The notes beneath the pieces are model-generated. The model did no database searches. It was not told the DNA's origin and was given only the letters and a program-made list of their open reading frames with translations. Position numbers and translations under genes: made by a program. A stretch of DNA of 64,000 bases from contig OZ242358.1 in assembly GCA_965208835.1 (NCBI GenBank), forward strand, positions 3,424,001 through 3,488,000, given 5' to 3'. Positions 9,069 to 19,301 of this stretch are shown here, in pieces. Each line of letters opens with the position of its first letter. The stretch's first letter is position 1. This DNA comes from Candidatus Latescibacterota bacterium (GTDB lineage Bacteria > Latescibacterota > UBA2968 > GCA-2709665).

Positions 9069-10655
9069 CTACACCAGGAAACGCGTCAGCACGTTGCCCG
9101 TCAGCCGGGAGAGTTCCTCGCTGACCAGAAGGGAACTGATATAGGTGATCGACCCCGTCGAAAAGACGGCGCCGCCGCCATCGGGCTCGTGAATGACCAT
9201 GTGGGCGCCCCCGTCGTTGTCGTTGGTCCCGCGGGCGAGCAGCTTCACGTTTTCGGGAGAGAACCTGGGCGAGATCTTGTCCGTTTCGTGCCCCGACGCT
9301 CCGCCTGGAATTCGCATGTGCTGACACTCTCGACCAAAGATATCCCCGTCGGCGAGACCCGTGCCGTCGAATGCCCAGTGGCCGGCGTCGACAGCCCGAT
9401 ACGGCGCCGCCGTCATGATGCCTGCATCGGTAAATACCACCCCGAGCAGGTTGGCCTCGGACTCCTGACGCCTGTGCATGCGGCTTTCAAATCCACCGTC
9501 CCGCTTCTGCCGCAGGTTTCCGTTGTGTACGATCATCCTGTCCTCGTCCGGGAATTCCACCTCGCAGTTCAGCCCGTTGCCGCCCAGATACATCAACCTC
9601 CCGCCCCGGTTGAATACCCAGTCCTTCACTTCGCAATACATCCTGGCGGACCAGTATTCGGGATGGGGCCCCAGAATCAATACGGCGTAATCGTCCAGAT
9701 TGAGCGCTCCGAAATGCAGTTGGGTTTCCGAGTAGAGGTCGTACTCGAATCCTTCCCGCTCGAGCCAGCCCATCAACCGCCATTCCGCCGGCGCCACGTG
9801 ATTGGGCGCCCGGCCCTCGATCGGATCGGTTACCTGTTCATCCTCCGGTACGACATTGATCGGCTCGGGGCGTTCAAAGGAAAGCGGCAGATACTCCTCC
9901 GCATCGTAATTGACGTGCTCGGGATCGGTGTAGCGTTTCAGCTCGAGCCGGGCATTGACGGTCGGTGTGGGCGGCATCCTGTCCGGGTGGATATAGTTGC
10001 TGCGCCCGCCGAAGTTGTTATAGCAGTTCCAGTTGATGTCCGACGCCAGCACGGCCACGCTCGCCCGCGGCTTTGCCGGCGCCACAACCCACGGAAACGA
10101 AAAGAACAATCCGGATTCGGTCCTGGCGTGAAAATAGTAGAGACCGGAACGTTCGGGCGCCGTTACCAGCTGTTTATGACCGGGGCTGGTATATCCGATT
10201 TTGTTCCACTGTGCGCCTACCTGCGTATAGTCGCCGTCGGGAGTCAACTGCACGGTGGCCCGCGGACCGTGCTCGTCGTACCACCCGATGGGCCTGATGA
10301 GTTTCTTTTCCCAGCCGTAACGCCACAATTCAAGCTTGTACTGTTCGTGTGAATGCACACGGAATTCGGAGCGATCGCCCGACTTGACGCACTTGGGCCA
10401 TACGTAGCCCATGAGGCAGTCCTTCAACAGACGAAACTGATGGGGTTCATCCGGCTTTACCTCCATATTGACGATCTTCGACCCGTACCCGTTCAGCGCC
10501 AGAACCACCTGATACGACCCGGGCACAACGTCCGCATATACCGCACCCGAGGCCGAAGAACGTGCAGGCACCGCGTTTCCCGACGCGTCTCTGAACTCCA
10601 GAGCCACATCGGACAACGCGATGTATCGCTCATCACTCACGTAGCCCACCAGCAT
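9069..10655 (-). CDS. N,N-dimethylformamidase large-subunit-like protein with N-terminal carboxypeptidase-regulatory-like domain
   Basis: RSGLYYFH, WNCYNNFGG, SFERP, GPHPEYWS, LMYLGGN, ASGHETD, VFSTGSITY. Confidence 0.75.
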   Translation of the reverse strand: MLVGYVSDERYIALSDVALEFRDASGNAVPARSSASGAVYADVVPGSYQVVLALNGYGSKIVNMEVKPDEPHQFRLLKDCLMGYVWPKCVKSGDRSEFRVHSHEQYKLELWRYGWEKKLIRPIGWYDEHGPRATVQLTPDGDYTQVGAQWNKIGYTSPGHKQLVTAPERSGLYYFHARTESGLFFSFPWVVAPAKPRASVAVLASDINWNCYNNFGGRSNYIHPDRMPPTPTVNARLELKRYTDPEHVNYDAEEYLPLSFERPEPINVVPEDEQVTDPIEGRAPNHVAPAEWRLMGWLEREGFEYDLYSETQLHFGALNLDDYAVLILGPHPEYWSARMYCEVKDWVFNRGGRLMYLGGNGLNCEVEFPDEDRMIVHNGNLRQKRDGGFESRMHRRQESEANLLGVVFTDAGIMTAAPYRAVDAGHWAFDGTGLADGDIFGRECQHMRIPGGASGHETDKISPRFSPENVKLLARGTNDNDGGAHMVIHEPDGGGAVFSTGSITYISSLLVSEELSRLTGNVLTRFLV

Positions 10656-10725
10656 ATCGCGCTCCCCTCTACTTTTGAGTCTCCGTATTGATTCCTAACT
10701 GTCAACCGATGCGCCAACGACGCCA

Positions 10726-12132
10726 TTAAAGCAAATAGTCGGGCGGGTGCGCCGCCCGCCAGTCCGTCGCCTGTTCGTATGCATAGGCCAGCCGAAGAAT
10801 CGTCGCCTCGTCGTACGGCTTGCCGGTCAGCTGCAGGCCCACCGGAAGCCCTTGAGAGGTGAACCCGCAGGGTACGGATACCGCGCACAGGCCCAGCCAG
10901 TTTACAAGCCGCGTGAGCAAACGGTGCGGCTCGCCCCGGTCCAGATCGCGCAGACGAGGTGCGGGCGACAACATCGTGGGACCGGCGACCGCCTCGACGT
11001 GTGCCAGCCTCGTAGCCGCCGTCCGCATCATTTGGGCTCTCTTGCGCTGAATCTCCGCAAGATCGACGGCCAGCAATCCCGGCTCGACCTGAAGACGCGC
11101 GCGGACGACTGAGCCGAATGAATCCGGCGCTTCCGACAATGCCTCGCGGTGGACGACAACCGCCTCGGTCCGCAGAAGCCTGAGGTTATCTTCCTCTTTC
11201 TCGGCCTGAACCGCCTCCGGAAACGTCATCTCCCTCACGTTTGCGCCCAGGCTGCCCAGGACCTGAATCGCGTCATCCACAAGCGAGACGACCTCGGGAT
11301 CCGCACCATTGAAGAACGGCTCGCGGACCACCGCGAGCCGCAGACCCCTGACATCCTTCTTCAAGTCGCCCATGACATCGCCGACCGGCAGATCGTGGGC
11401 AGTGGCATCACCGGCCTCGGCGCCTGCGATCGCCACATACATCAGCGCGGCGTCCTCAACGCATCTGGCCATGGGCCCGATCGTATCCAGCGTCCAGGAA
11501 AGCGGCATCACGCCCCCCGTACCGATACGACCCGTTGTCGTCTTGAGACCGACGACGCCGCAGTACGCCGCGGGAATACGAACCGATCCGCCGGTGTCCG
11601 TTCCGATCGCGGCTGCGGCCAGACCGGCCGCGACGGCCAGGCCGGATCCGCTGCTGGAGCCGCCGGGAACCCGCTCCGGGTCCCACGGATTCGGAGGCGT
11701 GCCGAAGTGAGGGTTGATTCCAAACGGACCGAAGGCATACTCCACTAGGTTCGTCTTGCCCAGCAACACCGTCCCTGCCCGCGCAAGGCGCTTCGCCACC
11801 GTAGAGGAGGTCGCCGGCACGCAGTCCTGCCTGGCCAGGGCTCCCGAAGTCGTTCGTATGCCGGCGGTATCACACAGGTCCTTCAAGGCGATCGGGACGC
11901 CGTGCAGCGGACCAAAATCGTTGCCGGACCGGAGTGCCAGTTCCGCTGCTTCCGCGTCCGCCCGCGCGCGATCTGCGGTTACCGTAATGAAGGCATTCGT
12001 GCCGGGCTGATACCGATGGATCCGTTCCAGATATGCTTCGGTTACCGCCACGGGCGAAACCTGCCCGCCGCGGTACATCCCGGCGAGTTCCGTGGCCGAC
12101 AGAAAGTGAAGCGAGGGCTTCGGCCTATCCAC
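10726..12132 (-). CDS. Amidase signature family enzyme
   Basis: GPLHGVPIALKD, PGGSSSGS, GTDTGGSVRIPAAYCGVVGLK, GLPVGLQL. Confidence 0.92.
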   Translation of the reverse strand: MDRPKPSLHFLSATELAGMYRGGQVSPVAVTEAYLERIHRYQPGTNAFITVTADRARADAEAAELALRSGNDFGPLHGVPIALKDLCDTAGIRTTSGALARQDCVPATSSTVAKRLARAGTVLLGKTNLVEYAFGPFGINPHFGTPPNPWDPERVPGGSSSGSGLAVAAGLAAAAIGTDTGGSVRIPAAYCGVVGLKTTTGRIGTGGVMPLSWTLDTIGPMARCVEDAALMYVAIAGAEAGDATAHDLPVGDVMGDLKKDVRGLRLAVVREPFFNGADPEVVSLVDDAIQVLGSLGANVREMTFPEAVQAEKEEDNLRLLRTEAVVVHREALSEAPDSFGSVVRARLQVEPGLLAVDLAEIQRKRAQMMRTAATRLAHVEAVAGPTMLSPAPRLRDLDRGEPHRLLTRLVNWLGLCAVSVPCGFTSQGLPVGLQLTGKPYDEATILRLAYAYEQATDWRAAHPPDYLL

Positions 12133-12463
12133 AGCCCGGACCTCTTACCTCCTGCCGCGCAACCTGTTCCGGCAGCAACCCGCGAGCAAACCCGTCGGGA
12201 TCCGCCCGATGGCCTTCAACCAGTTGCCCGATCTCTTTCAGCACCCGCTCGCGGTCGTACAGTCCGTACCGGTAGATGTCGATGGGCCCGATCAGTTTCA
12301 GATAGAAATGATTGCCCGCGTCGTGTTCCTCCGCGCATGCGCTGGGCTTGTGTGCAATTTCCAGTTGCGCTTCAAACGCGTCCGCGAACGCCGCCAGCAG
12401 CGGTTCACTGCGCAGATCGGCCGGGATCTCGGGAAACCGGCTCACCAGTTCCTGAACCGTCAT
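12125..12463 (-). CDS. Hypothetical protein
   Basis: AGGAGG RBS before ATG 12463; overlaps the amidase start; ends GPGCG. Confidence 0.65.
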   Translation of the reverse strand: MTVQELVSRFPEIPADLRSEPLLAAFADAFEAQLEIAHKPSACAEEHDAGNHFYLKLIGPIDIYRYGLYDRERVLKEIGQLVEGHRADPDGFARGLLPEQVARQEVRGPGCG

Positions 12464-12872
12464 CCTCCTGCTCCTCTCCGTGTTCCGTTCCGGGTTCCCG
12501 AAGCAATTCATCGGGAATCCGTTTGCGCCCCTGATAACCCTCCATGGGGCCGTGATAATGCGTGACTGCCGGCTCATCGCTTCGCCAGCACAGAAGCACC
12601 TCCTCGCCGTCGATCACGGCGGGGAAATCAACGAGGCCGAGGTTGAAATTGGGATCTTTATACGAACAACCGATGCCCTCCAGTTCCTCGAAGAACTCAT
12701 TCAACGACGCAATCAGCTTCCTGATCTCGGCATCGTCGGCCGCTGCAGGACCGAGTTCGCCGGCCAACTGCCTCAACCGGCGTCCGGATGCCTGGATGTC
12801 GGCGACAATGCGCTTCACCAGCGGCAGCGTCCGATTGGCCTCCAGCGGCGTAAAATACCTGATTTCATCCAT
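12405..12872 (-). CDS. DUF2203 family protein
   Basis: YFTPLEANRTLPLV...GLVDFPAVIDGEEVLLCWRSDEPAVTHYHGPMEGYQGRKRI. Confidence 0.85.
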   Translation of the reverse strand: MDEIRYFTPLEANRTLPLVKRIVADIQASGRRLRQLAGELGPAAADDAEIRKLIASLNEFFEELEGIGCSYKDPNFNLGLVDFPAVIDGEEVLLCWRSDEPAVTHYHGPMEGYQGRKRIPDELLREPGTEHGEEQEDDGSGTGEPVSRDPGRSAQ

Positions 12873-13956
12873 CGACTCCACCCCCGTGTCCAGAACCGTC
12901 GGGCGCCGCGCCCGTATCCGAAGAGATGCGATCCCGCCTCCCGTCATCTCCCGCCACAAAATCGTCCAGCCGTATCAGCGCTCCCCCTTCGGCGGCAGAC
13001 GCGTTCGCGCCCAACACCGCGGCCAGACTGTTCAACGCCTGCGGGTACCCGTTTCGCAGTCCCGATGCGTCACCCGAACCGATCGCTTGGACAAACTCAC
13101 GCGCCTGGCTGGCGAACGGATTGTCCGCGCCGGGTGACTCGAAAACCGTCTCTCCGTTTTCCACAACCCTATCCCCCGACCACTCCATCAGAGAATCGTC
13201 ACCTACCACCAGCACCTCCCGCCTGGACGCGTTCACATTTGTCAGCACGCGCGAGGTGGTGACACTGGCCACGACGCCGCTTTCGAAGCGGTAATTCACA
13301 TCGTACACATGGGGCAGGTTGATGGGATCGGGACCTTCCCCTGGCTTCCGATAAAAATAAAACGCGGAAACCTCCGTAATGTCGCCCAGGAAGAATCTGA
13401 GCAGATCCACCATGTGAATCGTATTCTCGACAAACGATCCGCCGCAGAGTTCGAAACGGCTTGTCCAGTATCGAATGTGACCGCCGCTGTAGAGCAGTTG
13501 AACAAGGGCGTGTCTGGGTGTCCGTTCCAAGACCCGGTCCCGCATGAATGTCGCGGATGCGTAATAACGACTCATGAAACCAACCTGAGAAGGGACGCCA
13601 GACTTCCGGATCGCCTCGCTGAATCGCACGGCCTGCGCGATATCGAGGGTCTGGGGTTTCTCCACCATTACAGGGATCCCCTTTTCCGCGGCGATCAACT
13701 CGGCATCCGAATGCAGGGTGGGCGGGATGCAGATGTAAACCCCGTCCAGATCCTCCTGCTCGAACATTTCCCGATGGTCGGTATATACGGCATTCGCCCC
13801 GAAAGTCCGCGCCTGGCTGGCGGCCGTTTCACCGTCCATGTCGCAGAATGCCTGCAATGTCACCCGGCCCTTGTCCGCCAGTGCGGCCAGCGGCGGAAGA
13901 TGGGCATTTACCGTAATGTAACCCAGGCCGACAAAACCCAGTCGCGGCGCCGTCAT
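12865..13956 (-). CDS. Gfo/Idh/MocA family oxidoreductase
   Basis: GFVGLGYI, ICIPPTLH, VEKP, GGSFVENTIHMVDL. Confidence 0.9.
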   Translation of the reverse strand: MTAPRLGFVGLGYITVNAHLPPLAALADKGRVTLQAFCDMDGETAASQARTFGANAVYTDHREMFEQEDLDGVYICIPPTLHSDAELIAAEKGIPVMVEKPQTLDIAQAVRFSEAIRKSGVPSQVGFMSRYYASATFMRDRVLERTPRHALVQLLYSGGHIRYWTSRFELCGGSFVENTIHMVDLLRFFLGDITEVSAFYFYRKPGEGPDPINLPHVYDVNYRFESGVVASVTTSRVLTNVNASRREVLVVGDDSLMEWSGDRVVENGETVFESPGADNPFASQAREFVQAIGSGDASGLRNGYPQALNSLAAVLGANASAAEGGALIRLDDFVAGDDGRRDRISSDTGAAPDGSGHGGGVDG

Positions 13957-13957
13957 C

Positions 13958-14854
13958 CTAAGCCTCCTCGATCTGACGGATCAGGTCTGGCGTGAGGTAT
14001 TGCCCGTCAGAAACCGATGCACACATTTCAAGCTCGTCAAAATCAGATGCCCCGCAAAGCAGCATCGTCACTCTCGGGTCAGAGAGAAGATAACGAAGCG
14101 CCGCGTTCACCAGTTCCTCCGGGCCGCCCGCGAACAACGCTTCCACCCGGCGGAGCCTGGCGTGCAATTCGCGGAATCGTCCGTTTTCGACAAACCGGTC
14201 GCGCTTGGACCCCAGCAGCCCCCCGTGCAGCGGGGACGCGGCGATCACCGCCACGTCTTCCGCGGCCGCGGCGGGAACAAGAACTTCCGTGGCTTCCTGC
14301 GTCAGCAGATCGTATTTGCAGAACGTGACTACCGAGACGAATTCATCGGTTTCTTTCAGGATTTCGCTCATCAATGTCAGATCGGAACCGGTCAGTCCGA
14401 TGTGTTGCGCAAGCCCCTGCGAACGAATATCCACCAGCGTCTCCAGTGTGCGCTCCCTTCCGAAAATCCCGTCCCAACCGGCCTGCTCCGCTTCATGCAC
14501 CTGGACCAGGTCCACACGGTCCCGTCGAAGGCGTTGCAGACTGGCATCGAATCCACGCCAGATCGCGTCCCGGGTATAGTCGAACGGTTCCGGAAAATAG
14601 CCCACCTTGGTCGCCAGATAATGCGATTCAGTCACACCCTCCAGAGCAAGCCCGAACACCTTTTCGCTGCGTCCTCTTCCATAGAGTGGCGCCGTATCGA
14701 AATAATTCACGCCCAACTCGAGCGCCCGCTCGACCATCTTCACTCCGTGCGCGTCGGGCAGCAGGCCCTCCTCGGGCCGGCCGTAAAACCACGCACCGCC
14801 CAATCCCACCTCGCTGACCCGCCAGTCTGTACTGCCGAAACGCCTGTATCTCAT
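13958..14854 (-). CDS. Aldo/keto reductase
   Basis: VSEVGLG, YFDTAPLYG, LATKVG, SLQRLRRDRVDLVQVH, ASPLHGGLL. Confidence 0.92.
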   Translation of the reverse strand: MRYRRFGSTDWRVSEVGLGGAWFYGRPEEGLLPDAHGVKMVERALELGVNYFDTAPLYGRGRSEKVFGLALEGVTESHYLATKVGYFPEPFDYTRDAIWRGFDASLQRLRRDRVDLVQVHEAEQAGWDGIFGRERTLETLVDIRSQGLAQHIGLTGSDLTLMSEILKETDEFVSVVTFCKYDLLTQEATEVLVPAAAAEDVAVIAASPLHGGLLGSKRDRFVENGRFRELHARLRRVEALFAGGPEELVNAALRYLLSDPRVTMLLCGASDFDELEMCASVSDGQYLTPDLIRQIEEA

Positions 14855-14893
14855 CCTGGTCTCGTACTGTCAGGTGTCAGGTCCCGAAAAAAC

Positions 14894-15577
14894 TCACCGC
14901 ACGTCGCGATAGAGACGGCACAGGCGTTTGTCGGAAACCGAGCACAGATACAGAAATCGCAACATCCACATCCAGAAAATCGTGGGCACGACCCCCCAGC
15001 GCCGCCAACGGCGGGTGGACGTGCGGACGCTGCCGTCCAGGAGGACGAAGCGACCCAGCTCCCTGACGGACGCGCAGAACTCCGAGTCTTCGAAAAGCGC
15101 CACGTCGGGAAAGCCGGCCACGCGGTCGAACACGGCCCGCCGGACATATATTCCCTGATCCCCGTAGATGACCCCAAAATACCTGGACCGCATTGTGGAG
15201 AGGAAGGCGATGGTCCGGAACATCCACGAATCCTCGGAAAGCCCCAGCCGGAAACTTCCACCTGCCACGCAGGGATCCTCGAGCGACTCCCGGATCATCC
15301 TCATTGCGCCGTCAGGCAGAAACGTGTCGGCGTGCAGAAACAGCAGCACCTCGCCCGAGGCCGACTTTGCCCCGCGGTTCATCTGTACGGATCGGCCGGG
15401 TCTCGGCGACGTTACCAGCCGCGCAAATCCGGCTTCCCGGGTTCGTTCCTGCGTACCGTCGCGGCTGCCGCCATCGACCACGATCACTTCAACGTTCCGT
15501 TGTCCGCGGAACTGCGCCAGGCAGCCTGCTATCGTTTCCGCTTCATTGATTACGGGAATGATGACACTGACTTGCAA
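14894..15577 (-). CDS. GT2 glycosyltransferase (TIGR04283-like)
   Basis: VSVIIPVINE, VVDGGSRDGT, GRSVQMNRGA, LFLHADT, YGDQG, FED, TSTRRW. Confidence 0.85.
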   Translation of the reverse strand: MQVSVIIPVINEAETIAGCLAQFRGQRNVEVIVVDGGSRDGTQERTREAGFARLVTSPRPGRSVQMNRGAKSASGEVLLFLHADTFLPDGAMRMIRESLEDPCVAGGSFRLGLSEDSWMFRTIAFLSTMRSRYFGVIYGDQGIYVRRAVFDRVAGFPDVALFEDSEFCASVRELGRFVLLDGSVRTSTRRWRRWGVVPTIFWMWMLRFLYLCSVSDKRLCRLYRDVR

Positions 15578-15610
15578 CGTGTTCTCGTGGAAATATTTAA
15601 CCCTGACGAA

Positions 15611-16180
15611 TTACCGCTTTTGGACAGGAAATCTGCGCGCGTAGCTTACGGACGAAGCCAGAAGAAGCAGCGCCGAGAGGTACAGGAAAGGGACCTTCAG
15701 CGGCTGTGCATCCATAGCGTAGGCAATCAGCAACACGCTCATCGCGCAACTGGTCAGCTTGCCCCAGACGTTGGAAGTGAGTACGATCCGGTCGCGCTTT
15801 AACAGAAAGACACCGGCCAGGACAATCGCAACATCGCGCCCCACGACCACGACGACCACCCAGAGCGGCAATCCCTTCACCAGCGCCAGGACGATCGCGA
15901 TCGCATCGATCGCCACCTTGTCGGCAATCGGATCCAGGATCTTTCCCCAGCGCGTTACGGTCCCCCAGCGCCTCGCGAGATATCCGTCCAGAATATCGGT
16001 TATAATCATCACCATGACAACGGTGAACAGATACCACTTATACGCCGGACCCTTCCATATCATCCAGAGAACCGGGCCGGTCAATGCGGCGCGGAACAGG
16101 CTGAGCCCGTTTGCAGTCGTCCAGAACGGATCCGCCGGACGATTCCGGCGCGGCGTGGCAGGGGAGGCGCTTTCGTTCAT
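15611..16180 (-). CDS. CDP-alcohol phosphatidyltransferase (PgsA-like)
   Basis: TANGLSLFR, TDILDGYLARRWGTVTRWGKILDPIADK motif. Confidence 0.9.
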   Translation of the reverse strand: MNESASPATPRRNRPADPFWTTANGLSLFRAALTGPVLWMIWKGPAYKWYLFTVVMVMIITDILDGYLARRWGTVTRWGKILDPIADKVAIDAIAIVLALVKGLPLWVVVVVVGRDVAIVLAGVFLLKRDRIVLTSNVWGKLTSCAMSVLLIAYAMDAQPLKVPFLYLSALLLLASSVSYARRFPVQKR

Positions 16181-16836
16181 TGATCCGCCTTTTCGCGGGG
16201 CGAGAGCACCACACAGCCCATGTTCGCCAATTCGCAGAACGCATTCTGCGCGGGCCCCCACGTGGTCAGATGATACCTCCCGTCCGGTAACTTCTGGCTT
16301 CTTGTGAAATTCGCGAAAATGCAGGACATGCCATCGTGCCGCGCCCGGCTCACTTCCGGTACGCCTTCCCAGGGGATGGCCAGCTGCGCGCACCAGCGCC
16401 CGTTCCCGTCCACCTCTCCGACCGTCCACCTCAGCCCGGGCACGTCGAATTTCGCCATCGCCGGCCAGTCGCTCTCCTCTTCACACGGGAAGTAAAGATC
16501 CAGAACGGCGCCAAGCGGGTTCACCTCGATTTCGTAGTAGCCGCTTCCGGCTCGAAGGAAGACCTCCACCGCGCATTCGTTGAACAGGTCCTGGTCCCGC
16601 GCCCGCATCGTCACCGGAACAGGGGATGGATCCGATACAAGACACACGTAAAGGGCCTCATCGTCCCAGAGCGCCGAGGCTTCCAGGAAAAAACCGGGCG
16701 GGTCGGCCTCGGTTCCAATCAAATGGAATTCCCGGCTGACGGTTTCGGCCGACGCCCACACCGTACCATTAATGATTCCATCCAACGGCGGCGGGACGGA
16801 GACCCTTCTGCAGCAGTAGACCGGTCTCTCTCTCAT
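16177..16836 (-). CDS. Carbohydrate-binding family 9-like (DOMON-like) protein
   Basis: LWDDEALYV, VEVFL, YYEIEVNPLG, WCAQLAIPW, ANFTR. Confidence 0.7.
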   Translation of the reverse strand: MRERPVYCCRRVSVPPPLDGIINGTVWASAETVSREFHLIGTEADPPGFFLEASALWDDEALYVCLVSDPSPVPVTMRARDQDLFNECAVEVFLRAGSGYYEIEVNPLGAVLDLYFPCEEESDWPAMAKFDVPGLRWTVGEVDGNGRWCAQLAIPWEGVPEVSRARHDGMSCIFANFTRSQKLPDGRYHLTTWGPAQNAFCELANMGCVVLSPREKADQ

Positions 16837-16941
16837 GGATAGTTCCTTCCTGAATTCGTGTAAGGGAACGAAAGCGCCGGCAGGCCGTGTGAGTTCGCAA
16901 CCTCCCGGGTTACGACACCGGCGAGTGTCGCCGCGTTCATC

Positions 16942-17682
16942 TCAGTCCCGGTCGACGGTTTCCCTGTTTCCACCCGCACGCGATTGTGCTACCAGGTGTT
17001 CGAAGATGCGGTCCCACACCGTGCCTGGCAACGCTTCGGGGTGAAACTGTACGCCAATAATGCGTCCGTCTTCCGTCTCTATCCCTTCGATGACGCCGTC
17101 TTCGCTTACCGCATTGACGCGGAGCCCGTTACCGGGTCCTTCGATCGCCTGAATATGGAAGCTGTTCACCTGGAGAGAGTCGCCCGGCCGGCCGGTCAGC
17201 CGCGCGAGCCAGGTATCCGCCAGCGTTTGAACCCGGTGCCGCACCGGACGTTGTTCCGACCGCCTTGGGGAATGGGCGCATTTGCCGAGTTGGGCCTGTA
17301 AATCCGCGTAAATCGCGCCGTCGAACCGGGCATTGATGAACTGCATTCCGTAGCAGATGCCCAGCATCGGGAGGTCCCGATTCCGCGCGCCGCGGAAAAT
17401 CCATTCGTCCGTCTTAGCCCGGGTCGGGTGTACCGGGGGCAGGTCGTCGGGAAGTACACCAATCAAACCGTCCGTTATGCCGGGACCGCCCGTTATGATC
17501 AGCCCGTCAATCAGATCCAGTACCGGCGCAAGCACCTCCCGGCTTTCGACCATAGGCAGAATCACAGGGCAGCCCCCGGCCCGTTCCACGGCATTGATAT
17601 ATGCGCGACCCACGATCTGCCGTGAGTCGCCGCTCTTCGGCGTCTCGATGCCTGTCGTGATGCCGATTACCGGACGGGGCAC
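16942..17682 (-). CDS. Peptidase C26 / gamma-glutamyl-gamma-aminobutyrate hydrolase family glutamine amidotransferase
   Basis: RPVIGIT, LIITGG, LGICYGMQ, VNSFHIQA, GVQFHPE. GTG start after GGAGGA. Confidence 0.88.
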   Translation of the reverse strand: MPRPVIGITTGIETPKSGDSRQIVGRAYINAVERAGGCPVILPMVESREVLAPVLDLIDGLIITGGPGITDGLIGVLPDDLPPVHPTRAKTDEWIFRGARNRDLPMLGICYGMQFINARFDGAIYADLQAQLGKCAHSPRRSEQRPVRHRVQTLADTWLARLTGRPGDSLQVNSFHIQAIEGPGNGLRVNAVSEDGVIEGIETEDGRIIGVQFHPEALPGTVWDRIFEHLVAQSRAGGNRETVDRD

Positions 17683-17722
17683 AAATTCCTCCAGAATCCT
17701 GTGCGGCCACAAACGCGACAAA

Positions 17723-18514
17723 CTAGGCAAACATCAACCGAACGCCGATCGCCAGCACCAGGGCCAGGATTGCCCTGTTGAACCAGACGACGGACAACCG
17801 GCGGTTCATCAGGATACCGAGCCCCACGCCCGCGGCAAGCGTCGGCAGCATGAAGAGGTCCATGCGCCACACTTCGGGGCCCAGCAGGCCCAGCTGTGCA
17901 TAGGCCAGCGCTTTCATGGAATTCAGCGCCATTCCGACCAGCACCGCGGTGGCCACAAATACCCTGCCGCTCAGGCCCTGGGGAATGAGATACAACATCA
18001 GGATGATGCCGCCGGAATGGGTCAGTACCGAAACGACACCGAGCGCCACGCCGGCCGCGACCGCCGAAACGGACGGTACTTTCGGCAGATGGTCTTTAAA
18101 CGCCTGCAACAGGCTGAAGACGCATGCCAATCCGCCCAGCACCCGCCGGAACCAGAGGTCGGGAATGGCATCCAGTAAAACCCAGCCGACCAGCACACCG
18201 ATCGCCATCCCCGGAATCAGGCTTCCGACAACCCTGGAAACGCGGTACTTCCAATAATACCGAATCGCGATCAGATCCGCCGCCAGAGACAACGGCAACA
18301 TGACGCCCAGCGCCAGCTTGGCGGGTATCACCAGCGCCAGCAGCGGCGTCACGACCACGCCCACACCGCCGCCGAACCCTGCCTTCATGATGCCAATGAG
18401 CAGGCCCGCCAAAGCCAGCACCAGATGCGTAATGTCCAAACGGTCCCCTCTCGTTACCGAAACCGGGGAATCGGTCTCCCCGCACCGGCCGGCGAACCGG
18501 TGTTCCGTCTCCAT
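17723..18514 (-). CDS. TauE/SafE sulfite exporter family membrane protein
   Basis: GIMKAGFGGGVGVVVTPLL, MLPLSLAAD; multiple TM segments. Confidence 0.85.
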   Translation of the reverse strand: METEHRFAGRCGETDSPVSVTRGDRLDITHLVLALAGLLIGIMKAGFGGGVGVVVTPLLALVIPAKLALGVMLPLSLAADLIAIRYYWKYRVSRVVGSLIPGMAIGVLVGWVLLDAIPDLWFRRVLGGLACVFSLLQAFKDHLPKVPSVSAVAAGVALGVVSVLTHSGGIILMLYLIPQGLSGRVFVATAVLVGMALNSMKALAYAQLGLLGPEVWRMDLFMLPTLAAGVGLGILMNRRLSVVWFNRAILALVLAIGVRLMFA

Positions 18515-18521
18515 GCCACGA

Positions 18522-19301
18522 CTACCGGTTGCTGCCGAACACCTTTCTCTTCAATTTCCGGAGTACGCAAAACAGCCAGCGAGCGTCCCGGATGACCGGC
18601 AATCTGAAGTAGAGCCCGAGCCGGTATTTCCGTCGGACGCGCCAGACAGCGCGGTCGTCGGACTCCCTGCGGCTGATGTTGGCGCCGTGGATCCGGTAGT
18701 AATAGAGGGGTTTTGGAACATAATGCCCGCAGCCGTGCCGTCTCAGGACGACATTCAGCCACAGATCCCAATCCTGATAACGCCGCAGGGATTCGTCGAA
18801 TCCCGGAAAACTCCCTGCCCGCAACAGTGAGGCGACATCCACATAGTTGCCCTTTCGCAGCCTGTCCGGCTGGAAGGGTCCGGATTTCCTGACGCCGTCC
18901 GGCTCCGGGTACCAGGAACCGTCACCGTCTGTGAAGTTGATTCGATCGCAATATACGAAATCGAGACCCGGACGTGCGAGCGCAGCCCCATGCAGCACAT
19001 CCAGGAATTCGGGCGACATATAGTTGTCCGCGTCGAAAAAGACCACCCATTCGGCCGAAACATGGTTGAATCCGAAATTTCGGGACTTGTTCCCGTTCAG
19101 GTATTCAACACGACGGTATTCCATCTCCGGAAACTGCCTGGCGACGGCATCGGTCTCGTCGGTACTGGCATCGTCCACGACCAGCACAGACGCCGGTTTC
19201 AGCAACTGGCTCTCAATCGAATGCAGGCATTGCCGGAGATAACGGCCGTAATTGTGACAGGTGACGATTACGGCTATATCCGCCTTTCGCTCTGGAATCA
19301 T
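18522..19301 (-). CDS. GT2 glycosyltransferase
   Basis: VIVTCHNYGRYL, VVDDASTD, FFDAD, QDWDLWL. ATGA overlap with the upstream gene. Confidence 0.88.
   Translation of the reverse strand: MIPERKADIAVIVTCHNYGRYLRQCLHSIESQLLKPASVLVVDDASTDETDAVARQFPEMEYRRVEYLNGNKSRNFGFNHVSAEWVVFFDADNYMSPEFLDVLHGAALARPGLDFVYCDRINFTDGDGSWYPEPDGVRKSGPFQPDRLRKGNYVDVASLLRAGSFPGFDESLRRYQDWDLWLNVVLRRHGCGHYVPKPLYYYRIHGANISRRESDDRAVWRVRRKYRLGLYFRLPVIRDARWLFCVLRKLKRKVFGSNR

Noticed and set aside
14000-15802. 600-aa plus-strand ORF and similar long antisense ORFs (8949-10352, 54411-55772, 2348-3454)
   Set aside because: They overlap well-supported minus-strand genes, show no motifs, and are typical high-GC shadow frames.
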